A stretch of DNA of 64,000 nt from Malacoraja senta (Eukaryota): NCBI GenBank assembly GCA_038087875.1, contig JAXLNO010000630.1:124001-188000 (forward strand). The letters are read 5' to 3'. A program made the position numbers and the translations under genes. Positions 51,901 through 64,000 of this stretch are shown one piece after another. Below the pieces are notes generated by a model. That model saw only the letters and a list, made by a program, of their open reading frames with translations, did no database searches and had not been told where the DNA came from. Position 1 is the first letter of the stretch. Each line of letters starts with the position of its first letter.

Positions 51901-54715
51901 CAGTGAATATAAAAGGTCCAGAGAGTTGAGGGGAATGTTTGAGACTGGAGACAGGATTGTCACTGGATGGATAGGATTCTCTCCCATAAAGAAAAGCTCA
52001 GAGGTGGCAGAAGAGCCCTACGTCCCTATGTTCCCGATGTCGGGGGAGTCCAGAACCAGGGGTCACAGTTTAAGAATAAGACCCGCTGAGTCACTCCACC
52101 GTTTATATAGGTCTATTAACAGATTCAGATCTACCTTAGATCTCCTCTTGTAAGTCTTCTTGGCGCTCTCCTTTTTCACCGGCATTCTCAAAACTCCTTG
52201 CTTGGGTTATTGATCCACACCATGAAGGTTAGAGTTTCGACCTCTAGTAGCTGCCAGCTGTTTCAATGCCTGGCAGAATGGGTATGGTGTACCCACTTCA
52301 AGTTGACAGATGAAATGGAGCCAGTTTGCCAAGTTGACAGATGAAATGGAGCCCGTCTCTCATGGTTACGGATGCAGTTCACTGTGAGGTCACCGGCCAG
52401 GCACATTATGAGGTCACCTCTGATTATGATGGTTTACAAACTTGCGATCTTACGAATGGAAGGCAGGCCCAGAAGGGAATAAACCACTTCACCATATGAC
52501 CGTCACAGTGGTTATAACCAACTGGACTCAAATGTTAAAGACAAGGAACTCAGTTCAGTTGAGTTTATTGTCACGTGTACAGAGAAAAGCTTTTTGTCAC
52601 GTGTTAAAAACAGTCAGCAAAGTCTGATCAAGGATAGTCCGAGGGTCACCAATGAGGTAGATAGTAGTTCAGCACTCATCTCTGGTTGTGGTAGGATGAA
52701 TCAGTTGCCTGATAACAGCTGGAAAGAAACTGTCCCTGAATCTGGAGGTGTGCGTTTTCACACATCTGTACCTTTACTAATTTGAGGAAGGACATTCTTG
52801 CTGCTTAGGTTAACCAGGTTAATTCCTGGGATGGCGCGACTGACATATGATGAAAGAATGGGTCGTCTGGGCTTGTATTTGCTGGAATTGAGAAGCATGA
52901 GAGGGGATCTTATAGAAACATATACAATTCTTAAAGGAGTGAAGGCTAGATGCAGGAACAATGTTCCCGATGTTGGGGGAGTCCAGAACCAGGGGTCACA
53001 GTTTATGAATAACGGGTTAGGTCATTTAGGACTCAGAAGAGGGAAAACGTTTTCACGCAGAAAATCTGTGGAATTCTCTGCCACAGAAGGCAGTGGAGGC
53101 CAGTTCACTGGATCTTTGCAAGAGAGAGTTGGATGTGGCTCTTAGGGCTAACAGAATCAAGGAATATGGGGAGATAGCAGGAATGGTGTATTGATTTTGG
53201 ATGATCTGCCATGATCATATTGAAAGGCGGTGCTGGCTCAAAGGGCCGAATGGCCTACCCCTGCACCTATTTTCTATGTTTCTACATCATGGTGAGTCCA
53301 GCACTCGTTGATGTCTGGTCCTGAAGAAGGGTCCCGCTGAGTTACTCCAGCACTCTGTTTCTTCATGGTCTGCTGGTGTCTTGCTTATATGAAAGAGCTA
53401 CATTGCCAATGCACACAAGCTCCAACTTTGCTGTCAACATGAAACTGTTGACAGTTCAAGAAATGAAATACGTTGATGAAGCCCGAGTGATGGACAAGAT
53501 AATGCTTCACAGGAGGAAGTTAAATCTGCATTGAATTAAACCCCACTTGTAGAAATTAAACTAAAGGAAGATGTTTCCAAAAGTTATGAGCTTGATTCTA
53601 TTACTCCAGAAGTGAAGGGCAGGTGGGGGAGAGTCTAACGCAATTACACCCCTTCATATGATCAACACAGGGGATAAGGGGTTGGCATAATCTACTTAGA
53701 TCTGTCAAGAAATAAAAGGCAAACAATATTAAATCTCAAGTGTTTTCGTTTTGAGATACAGTGCGGCAACGGGCCCTTTGGCCCATCGAGTCCAAGCCGA
53801 CAAGCATTCACCTGTACACCCGCACTATCCTACACACTGGGGACTTTTAACCAAAGCCAATTAACCTACAAACCTGCACGTCTTTGCAGTGTGGAAGGAA
53901 ACCTGAGCACCTGGAGAAAACCCACGCGGGTCACGGGGAGAACGTACAAACTCTGTACAGACAGCACCCGGGTCTCCCGCGCTGTGAAGCAGCAACTCTA
54001 CCGCTGCACCACCCTACCTTGTTGGGGAAAAATACTTAAAAAGCAGCAGAATATTTTTGACATTTACCAAATGAGAGTTGTTTATAGTCAAAGCATGTGT
54101 AGTTTGTTCCTGGCACGAAAATACTAATGCTTTAACAGTTTCACACTTAACTCTATAAACCTAAAGACTCCACTGTTGGAATGCAATTCAATATTTGACA
54201 AATCTGAACACCATAACAGACAGATATAAATCACACAGAGAGATTACTGGAGTGCATTTTCCCTTTGTAGTCCCTGAGAATTCAGTGGCAGTGGCAGTGG
54301 CGGATGGTTGTTCTGATGTTCTAAGCCATACCAATCCAGATATGATTGAATGACGGAGAGGACTTGATGTGCCAAATGGAGAAGGAACATCTCATTGGGT
54401 TTTAAAGTTTGCAGAGGGCTAACATACAACTCCCTTAGCATCAAGTGTATTGATCGGCATGGTGGCGCAGCGATAGACTAAGAGTTGCTGCCTTACAATT
54501 CCTTCCTACACATTTTGAACGTGTTTTGAATGTTTACCTCATGCATTCCAAAAGATTTGAGGCAGACATTACTGCTTCAGTTCGAGCAGAGAGCTCAGAT
54601 TCTACTTTGCACTTGACCAAAAACCAGAAGGTATTTTACTTGTCTAAATGTCTCACCCAGCTAGATTTTAAAATAAGCCTGCATTTTTCAACATGGTTTA
54701 AGTGGAAAACTACAA

Positions 54716-57700
54716 TTTTACTTCGGAGTCACGTTAGTGACTACGTGAAGAAGGCCGTCAAGCCGCATGCATGCCATTACGACTGACGCATTGCGCAATG
54801 ACTGACTGGTGGGCGCGTCGCTCCTTCCAGCGGTAAGTTTAAAACGCTCAGGTAAGTGCTTATACTTTATCTGAGGTCGTTGCTCCCGGTTCGTTTACTG
54901 TTTGTTCACAGAGTACTCGAACTTTGCGGAGAATATGTCTAAGGTGAAGAGGCGGGCCGCAGCGAAGCCGGCTGTTGAAGACCGCGCCTCCGGGTAGCGG
55001 GCGGCCGCCAATTTCGCCTTCAGGGTCGCTAGCAGAGGAGCCAGCGCCTACAGACTTGGTGCCGACAGTAAGCACCTTGGCTACCCCGCAGGGGAGAAAA
55101 GCCACCAGGAAGTCTGTCAGGGCCCTGGACTCGGATGAGTCGGGCCAGGAGGATTCTCCTCCTTCTATGGGCAGTGTTTTGGGGAGACTGACCCACATGG
55201 AGCACCTAATGGAGAGGTTGCTCCAAAGCAATATGCTCCAAAGAAGGGAGCTATCTGAACCCGGGTATTATGGAGAACCCACGGCAGCGGCACCTGTCTC
55301 AGGGCTGCATAATGTCTCCGTCTCTGAGGAGGGGAGCGTAAGAGGCCAGTTTTACACTCTCAGATTACGGAGGCACAGCTGGGGAGCATGCTTCAAGGCA
55401 TGAGGGGCAAGCCTCGGGAGTACCTCCCATGGCATCCACATTTGCCATATCTTCCCAATCGGGGGCACCACTGGGAGAGGATTTAGACTTGAGCATTAAT
55501 TATCTGGCCTCTCACCAGCTCCAAGATCAGGCCATGGAGGAAACCACTACCAAATATCATACCCCAGTAAACTGTGCCTCATTGAATGTCCCGGCAGTGA
55601 ATCACTCCATCTGGGGACACATTGGAGGGGGCGTCAGAGCCCAGGAGGTAAAACTACAAAAAAAATTAAGATTACTTGCCTCAGGCAGCACGGCCTTTGC
55701 CAGGTCGGTGGATGGGGGGGGGGCTCTCTGATGTTCAACAGGATGCCATGGCATTAATGTGCATTTTGAAATTAATTGTCTCCGAAAGAATGCCATCCGT
55801 CCTGCTCTGCACCCAAAATTTGCAGCATTGTGCAAGGCCGGGAACATCCAACCATCTAATCTCCTGTTCGGGGAAGATCTGCCTAAGCAGCTCAGGGAGC
55901 TGGATGATGAGGCTAAAACTGTCGGCTTTATGAAGGCCCCAACACCTTCCAAGACTTCATCCTTCTGGCGGCAGTACCCCTATCCTCCTCTCTACACCAG
56001 ACGGTTCGCCGGATATGGTGGGCATCACGTACAACAGGCACAGAGGCCTTTTTTAGGGAAGGGCCCAGGTCGGGCCATGTTCAGGATGCGCTGATGGCGC
56101 CCTCCAACAGCCCTACCCCCCAGACCTCGGGGGCAGAAGCAAACACCATACTGCCGATAACCACTGAGGTAAGTGAGTCTGGTTGTTTGCGTAACACAGT
56201 TTCGATGGATCTGTTACAAGTTGGGGGGAGATTACAATTTTTCTTATATGAATGGCGTTGGATAATATCTGACCCGTTTATACTGCGCAGTATACAAGGT
56301 TTCCAAATTGAGTTCCTTTTCAATTCGCCTCCACCCACACAGCATACACCGAGCCGCACTTTTGTTCCTTCACAACAGGAGTGTGCGAATGCACAAGCTG
56401 AAATAGAATCTTTACTCAAGAAAGGGGTAATTGAGAAGTCGAATCATGAGTCTCACCAATTTGTGTCCAATATATTTACTAGGCAAAAGAAGGATGGAGG
56501 ATGCCGAATCATCCTTGATTTGACTGAGCTTAACACCTTTGTGCAGTTTAAATACTTCAAAATTGAAAACTTTGTTACTGCCAGACAACTGGTTTCCAAG
56601 GGGTGTTACATGGCATGCATGGACCTCAAAGATGCTTACTATTCGGTGGCCATTCATGTAGACCACGAGAAGTTTAGCTGGATGGGGCAATTGTGGCAGT
56701 TTAAAGCATTGCCTAATGGGTTAACCTCAGCCCCAGACTATTCACAAAATTGCTAAAACCAGTCCTGGGGCTACTCAGGGCACAGAATCATATAGTCATG
56801 GCATACTTGGATGACATCTTAATCATTGGGAAGACTATGGAATTAGCTGAATTATCTGTGTCAGCTACCAAACTCATGTTTGAGAGACTGGGGTTCCTAA
56901 TCCATCCAGTTAAGTCCAAATTGGTATCATCTAGAGTAATTGATTATTTGGGATTCACCATTAACTCAATTCACATGTCAGTGACTCTGCCTTGGGGCAA
57001 GCAATTAGAATTAATTGAAGCCTGCAGTAGCCCCATTGTTAAGAACCAACCTTCTATTAGAAATGTGGCTAGTATAATTGGCAAGTTAGTAGCTGCTTTC
57101 CCAGCTGCTCAGTTCGGGCCTTTGCACTCAAAACTTACATCGTGCAAAGGAGCAGGCACTCAAACTTCATAGAGGTCACTTCGATAGACCCATGCAGTTG
57201 CCAGCTGAAGCCATTGCTGAGTTATAATGGTGGGTGACCAATATTCGGTATTGCTCTAGTACTATTTTAGTTGATACACCATCAGTTATCCTGCAAACTG
57301 ATGCCAGTGCTCTAGGTTGTGGTGCTACCAACACCGTCTCAAGCTGCAGTGGCAGAGGGAATCTGCAGGAATCATCGATGCTTCAGTCACATGGTATTAA
57401 CTACTTAGAGTTGTTGGGAGCACTCTATGGGTTAAAGGCTTATTGTAGCAATATGCATCATGTGCATGTTCAACTTCAGGATGACAACACTACAGCAGTG
57501 GCATACATTAATAACATGGGGGAAGTAAGTCTGTATCCTGTGATAAATTGTCTAACCTCATTTGGCACTGGTGTATTACGAGAAACATCTGGGTTTCATC
57601 TATCTACTTACCAGGTAGATATAACATGGTGGCGGACAACAGGTCACGGGAATTCAATGACAACAAAGAATGGATGTTGAATCATGAAGTGTTTAACGAC

Positions 57701-59558
57701 ATTGTCGTTCGGTATGGTGTACCTGACATTGATCTGTTTGCATCCAGACTAAATCATCAGTTACCAAATTACGTTTCATGGGAACCAGACTCAGGAGCAG
57801 TAGCAGTAGATGCATTCTCGCTACACTGGGGTGGAAAGTACTTGTATGTGTTTCCCCCAATTTGCCTCATCAGTCGATGCTTGGCCAAGATCAAGCAAGA
57901 CTCCGCCTCTGGCATATTGGTAGTACCAGACTGGCCCAGTCAGCATTGGTTCCCACTCAACCCAGCTATGATTACACAGCCTTTTATGGCTGTCCCCAAA
58001 AGCAGAAAGCTGCTGGTACATCGTGTGACAGGGGAAAGCCATCCACCTCATGACCGAATAAATTTATTGGTTTGCAGATTCTGAGGAGACCATTCCTGGG
58101 GCTCGGACTTTCAGATCGTACGGTAGATGTTATCACAGCGGCCTGGAGGTAGAGCACCCAGAAACAGTACATCTCTCTTATAAGGAAATGGGAGATGTAC
58201 TGCTCTCTCTCGAATATTTTGTACGACACGGCTTCCATTACGGATGTTTTGGAGTTCCTTTCTACACTATTCTACGATCAGAAACTCAGTTATAGTGCCA
58301 TAAATAGTGCTAGGAGCGCTTTGTCATCTTACTTATGGCTGGGGTCAGGGAACCACACTGTCGGATCTCACCCCTTAATAACCAGATTTATGAATGGCAT
58401 TTTTAACTCTACTCCCCCTAGGCCCAGATATTCACAGATATGGGATGTGAGCGTGGTCCTCACGCTGCTCTGTCAGTGGGCACCAGCTTCATCTCTGTCT
58501 CTCCCTAATCTCACACTTAAGGTAGTCATGCTCATGGCGCTGGTCTCAGCGCAACGGGTCCAGACGTTAAATAAACTTCGACTGGACAGCATGGTTACAT
58601 CTTTTGACATCACCTTTTTTGTTCATGATCTATTAAAGCAGAGTAGACCAGGGATGTCGGGGCTCAAATTAAGTTTTATGGCTTACCCCTTTGACCAACG
58701 TTTGTGTGTGGTATCTCACATACTACAATACATTAAGGTCACTAAGAGCCTCAGACGCTCGGAATTATCCTTATTCATCAGCTACATCAAACCTCATAGG
58801 AAGGTTACAGTGCAGACCATTTCAAGATGGATAAAACAGGAGCTGGCATGTGCAGGAGTGGACACTGACACTTTTAAACCTCATTCCACCAGGGCTGCAT
58901 CTACGTCAGCAGCGAGGGATATGGACGTCCCTCTCGACCACATTCTAGCGGCTGCAGGATGGTCTAATGAACTGACGTACCAAAGGTTTTATAACAAACC
59001 TATTGCCAGACCGGGGACTTTTCTAATTCTGTTTTAGGTTCTGTTTTACAGTTTCCCCCTGGGTGAGAGGGGTCACTTTTATTTTCTTTGATTATTAAAG
59101 CATCAGCATTTTTATCTATGTCATGTTTGAATGCATTAATTATTTCTCACTCATCCTGGTCAACTGATGCAGTGTGTGACGCATGGACTCGTTTCCACGG
59201 CATGAAATCACAGCTTCAAAATCTTCATGTAGTCACTCACGTGACTCCGAAGTAAAATAGTAAGATTAAACGAGAACTTACCAGTTTGAAGTTTGATCTT
59301 TATTTTATGAGGAGTTACGATGAACGATTACGTGCCCTCCGCTCCCAACCCTCGTAACATAAAGATCTTCTCGAAGTTCTACTCAGCTCTAATCTTACTA
59401 TTTTAGTTCAACAATTGTTACCTGTGATTTCACACCGCTGCTTTGAAGATTGACGCGCATGCGGCTTGACGGCCTTCTTCACGTAATCGCTCATCGTAAT
59501 TCCTCATAAAATAAAGATCAAACTTCAAACTGGTAAGTTCTCGTTTAATCTTACTATT
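54716..59558 (+). mobile_element. DIRS1-type retrotransposon copy B (duplicate of copy A, no nested insertions)
   Basis: Same termini and flanks as copy A. ORFs 55429-56094 (ORF1), 56094-58084 (RT/RH/MT, frameshifted) and 58078-59037 (YR). Confidence 0.95.
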
Positions 59559-62500
59559 CTGAACTAGGATTAATCCTGTATTATTCACTAATGGCTGCAT
59601 GCTACACTTGGGAGTTTTGTCTTCTTATTAACATCTGTCACTTACACAGAAACTTTGAGTGTAACTACTTGGAGATTTTCACTGAACCTTGGCTTACAGC
59701 ACAAGACCCTTGTCTTGAGCAGAACTCTTGGATTTAAGCAAGCACATCACACAATTTCCTCTGCAACCACAGGAGATGGAACACCTGTCCCTACACAATA
59801 GACAATAGGTGCAGGAGTAGGCCATTCCTGCCCTCCCCGTATCCCCTGGCTCCGCTATCTTTAAGAGCCCTATCTAGCTCTCTCTTGAAAGTATCCAGAG
59901 AACCGGCCTCCACCACCCGCTGAGGCAGAGAATTCCACAGACCCACAACTCTCTGTGAGAAAAAGTGTTTCCTCGTCTCCGTTCTAAATGGCTTACCCCT
60001 TATTCTTAAACTGTGGCCCCTGGATCTGGACTCCCCCAACATCGGGAACATGTTTCCTGCCTCCAGCGTGTCCTAACCCTTAACAATCTTATATGTTTCA
60101 ATAAGATCCCCTATCATCCTTCTAATCTCCAGACTGTACAAGCCCAGCCGCTCCATTCTCTCAGCATATGACAGTCCCGCCATCCCGGGAATTAACCTTG
60201 TAAACCTACGCTGCACTCCATCAATAGCAAGAATGTCCTTCCTCTAATTAGGGGATCAAAACTGCACACAATACTCAAGGTTTGGTCTCACTAGCGCCCT
60301 ATACAACTGCAGAAGGACCTCTTTGCTCCTATACTCAACTCCTCTTGTTATGAAGGCCAACATGCCATTCGCTTTCTTCACTGCCTGCTGTACCTGCATG
60401 CTTACTTTCATAGACTGATGAACAAGGACCCCAGATCCCTTTGAACTTCCCCTTTTCCCAACTTGACACCATTTAGATAGTAATCTGCCATAGTGGTTTT
60501 TATACCAAAGTGGATAACATCACATTTATCCACATTAAACTTCATCTGCCATGCATCTGCCCACTCACCCAACCTGTCCAAGTCATCTTGCATTCTCATA
60601 GCATCATCCTCACAGTTCACACTGCCACCCAGCTTTGTGTCATCTGCAAATTTGCTAATGTTACTTTGAATTCCTTCATCCAAATCATTGATACATATTG
60701 AAAATAGATGTGGTCCCAGCATCGAGCCTTGCGGTACCCCACTAGTGACTGCGTGCCATTCTGAAAGGGACCCGTTAATCCCTACTCTTTGTTTCCTGTC
60801 TGCCAACCAATTTTCTATCCATGTCAGCACTCTACCCCCAATAACATGTGCCCTAAATTCGCCCACTAATCTCCTATGTGGGACCATATCAAATGCTTTC
60901 TGAAATTCCAGGTATACTACACTACTTTCACTGGCTGTCCCTTGTCCATTTTCCAAGTTACATCCTCAAAAAATTCCAGAAGATTAGTCAAGCATGATTT
61001 CCCCTTCGTAAATCCAAGCTGACTTGGACGGATCCTGTTACTCCTATCCAAATGTGCCGCTATTTCATCTTTCATAATTGACCAGCATCTTTCCCACCAC
61101 CGATATCAGGCTAACTGGTCTATAATTCCCTGTTTTCTCTCTCCCGCCTTAAAAAGTGGAATAACACTATCTACCCTCCAATCCAGAGGAACTGATCCTG
61201 AATCTATAGAACATTGGAAAATGATCACCAATGCGTCCATGATTTCCAGACCCATTTCCTTAAGTACCCTGGGATGCAGACCATCAGGCCCTGGGGATTT
61301 ATCAGCCTTCAGATCCATCAGTCTACCCAACACGATTTCATGCCTAATGTGGATTCCCTTCAGTTCCTCCGTCACCCCAGATCCGCTGGCCACTAGTACA
61401 TTAGGAAGATTGTTTGTGTCCTCCTTAGTGAAGACAGATCCAAAGTAACTGTTCAACCCATCTGCCATTTCCTTGTTCCCCATAATAAATTCACCCTTTT
61501 CAGTCTTCAAGGCTCCAACTATTTTTTTCTTCTTCTCATACATAAAGAAGCTTTTACTATCCTCCTTTATATTCTTGGCTAGTTTACCTTCGTACCTCAT
61601 CTTTTCTCCCCGTACTGTATTTTTAGTTATCTTCTGTTGCTCTTTAAACATTACCCAATCCTCTTGCTTCCCGCCTATCTTTGCTACATTGTACTTCTTC
61701 TCTTTTATTTTTATACTGTCCCTGACATCCCTTGTCAGCCACGGTCACCCCTTACTTCCCTTGGAATCTTACTTCTTTGGAATGAACTGATCCTGTACGT
61801 TCTGTATTATTCCTAGAAATACCTGCCATTGTTGTTCCACTGTCATCCCTGCTATGGTAACTTTCCAGTCAACTTTGGCCAGCTCCTCCCTCATGGCTCC
61901 ATAGGTAGCCCTTTATTCAACTCTAACACTGACATCTCCAATTCACCCTTCTCCCTCTCCAATTGTGGATTAAACTTGACAATATTATGGTCACTACCTC
62001 AGAATGGCTCCTTCACCTCAAGTTCCTTTATCAAATCTGGTTCATTACATAACACTAAATCCAGAATTGTCTTCTCCAACCTGAACCAACCTGATCTCCC
62101 GGTCGCTGGACACTTTAATTCTCCTTCCCATTCCCACACAGACCTTTCTGTCTTCAGTCTCCTCCATTGTCAGAGTGAGTGAAGCTAAACACAAATCGGA
62201 GGAACAGCATTTCATATTTTGCTTGGCAGCTTATAGCCCAGTGGTATGAATCTTGATTTGACCCACATCAGGTAGCCCCGGCATTCCCTCTCTCTCTCTA
62301 TCCCTCCCCCACCCAAGTCACACCAGCTTCTCATTTTCACCCTACAAACAGCTTACAATGGCCTGTTTCCTTTATCGACGTCACTTTTTTACATATCTTT
62401 CATTCATTGTACTTTATCATCCAACTTTTCCAGCACCGTCTATATCTCTTGGTTCCCTTATCCCTAAACAGTCTGAAGAAAGGTCTCAACCCGAAACGTC

Positions 62501-63887
62501 ACCCATTCCTTTTCTCCAGAGATGCTTCCTCTCCCGCTGAGTTACTCCAGCTTTTTGTGTCTATCTTCGGTTTAAACCAGCATCTATAGTTCCTTCTTAG
62601 ACAACAAACAACCTGTTAAGGGCCTGTCCCACTTACGTGTCCTTGGCATGCAAATTACACGACCTCGTGGTCGTATTGAGCCAAGACGGTCGAGCGAAGG
62701 TCGGGCGCGATTACATGCGTACGCACAGCCGTCTGGAGCGCGTGACATCATTTGATGATGGACACAAAGCTGGAGTAACTCAGCGGGACCGGCAGCGTCT
62801 CTGGAGAGAAGCAATGAGTGATGTTTCGTGTTGAGACCCTTCCTCAGTCTGAAAAGAAGGATCTTGACCCGAAACATCACCCTTTCCTTCTCTCCAGAGA
62901 CGCTTCCAGTCCCGCTGAGTTACCCCTGCATTTTGTGTCTACAATTTTCTTGGCCCCGCTCAGGGTCTTAGGCCTGTCCCACTTAGGCCTGTCCCACTTT
63001 GGCCGTCAGGCCGTTGGCGCGCGAAGATTTCGTTCACTGCAAGAATTTTGGAGCCCCGCGCGATGTCAGGACCAGCCCCGCACAACTCTATACACCTCCG
63101 CGCTTCTAAGTGGGTCCGGCCCCGCGCGGCCATTCGGTGCCCGTACGCCTCCAGCGACCACGAGGTCGCGTAATTTGCGAGCCAAGGACGCGTAAGTGGG
63201 ACAGGCCCTTTAGTCTGTTTTGGTTGCGCTGGTACTTAAGCTAATTAGAAACTCCTGCTCCATAATGAATCATTTTTTAAAGACTATTTACACACAGAAG
63301 AGAACTCCAATTCATGGCCTAGTGTTTTGCACAGAGTGAAGGGAATTTCAACAACCTTGAGGGGTACAAACCACAGCGATTACCCCCTCGATCTCCAAAT
63401 GTTGTACCAAGTGTGTTACTTTAAAAAATCCTAGACATTGCACAACAGGGATATGAAACCGGGGTGGACATACACAATTTTAATCTCGTATTTTAAACAG
63501 ATGGGCTGAAAGGCCTGTTGCCTTGCTGTATAACTATGATTTCAATTTCCACATAGGGTTGCCAACTGTCCCGTATTAGCCGGGACATCCCGGATTTTGG
63601 GCCAAATTGGTTTGTCCCATAAGGGACCACCCTTGTCCCATATTTGACTGCTACTACTCGGGTCAAGGGGACTGTCCGGTTGGATCGCCGTGTCACCCAT
63701 CCCAACCTAGTGCAGCCCATGGAGTGCAGCAGCATTGCCTCGCCCGTGGCCCTGTCAGTCAGCAGCCCGGCCAGCTGACCGACCTTCGGACCTTCGCTTA
63801 CCACCGACACCACCACCCCTCCTTCTCATGTTTCCGGTCCCGCTGAGTTACTCCTGCATTTTGTGTCTACAATTTTCTTGGCCCCGC

Positions 63888-64000
63888 TTTTTTTTTTTTT
63901 TTTTTTTTTTCCGTAAATGTTTTTTTTATTAGATTTTTAAACAAATGTACAATTTACAAGGGAGAGTAGAAAGGTCACCCAATTTAAAAAACACTTAAAC
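63888..64000 (-). mobile_element. Poly(A) tail / 3' end of a minus-strand retroelement
   Basis: A 23-nt T run followed by ttttttttatt. The body lies beyond the window edge. Confidence 0.5.

Larger units (their letters stand above)
45042..63829 (+). repeat. Segmental duplicate of ~915-24355
   Basis: Colinear, near-identical TE and unique spacer sequence (e.g. 13338-13538 vs 54244-54444 give identical ORF translations). Offset is ~39.5-44 kb depending on indels. Confidence 0.97.

Overview
Eukaryotic, intron-like or intergenic DNA almost entirely tiled by decayed transposable elements. The V-SINE/HE1-like SINEs, CR1 LINEs with (TTTCTATG)n tails and Penelope ends suggest a cartilaginous fish, probably a skate or ray (inference). 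About 23 kb at ~915-24355 is repeated in direct orientation at ~45040-63830, and each copy has private insertions and deletions. The only host-gene signal is two minus-strand exons (199 and 79 bp) of an Mx dynamin-like antiviral GTPase, with an in-frame stop. Mobile elements include three DIRS1-type tyrosine-recombinase retrotransposons with complete ITR/ICR ends, two L1 families, many CR1 copies, Rex/Babar fragments, a Gypsy gag relic, Penelope ends with hammerhead-ribozyme-like cores, non-autonomous Helitrons, and Harbinger and hAT MITEs. The most striking unexplained structure is a set of splice sites in the DIRS elements, partly shared between two divergent subfamilies. They predict a multiply spliced expression scheme in which the recombinase borrows the RT start codon. 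All calls are by eye and many element boundaries are approximate.
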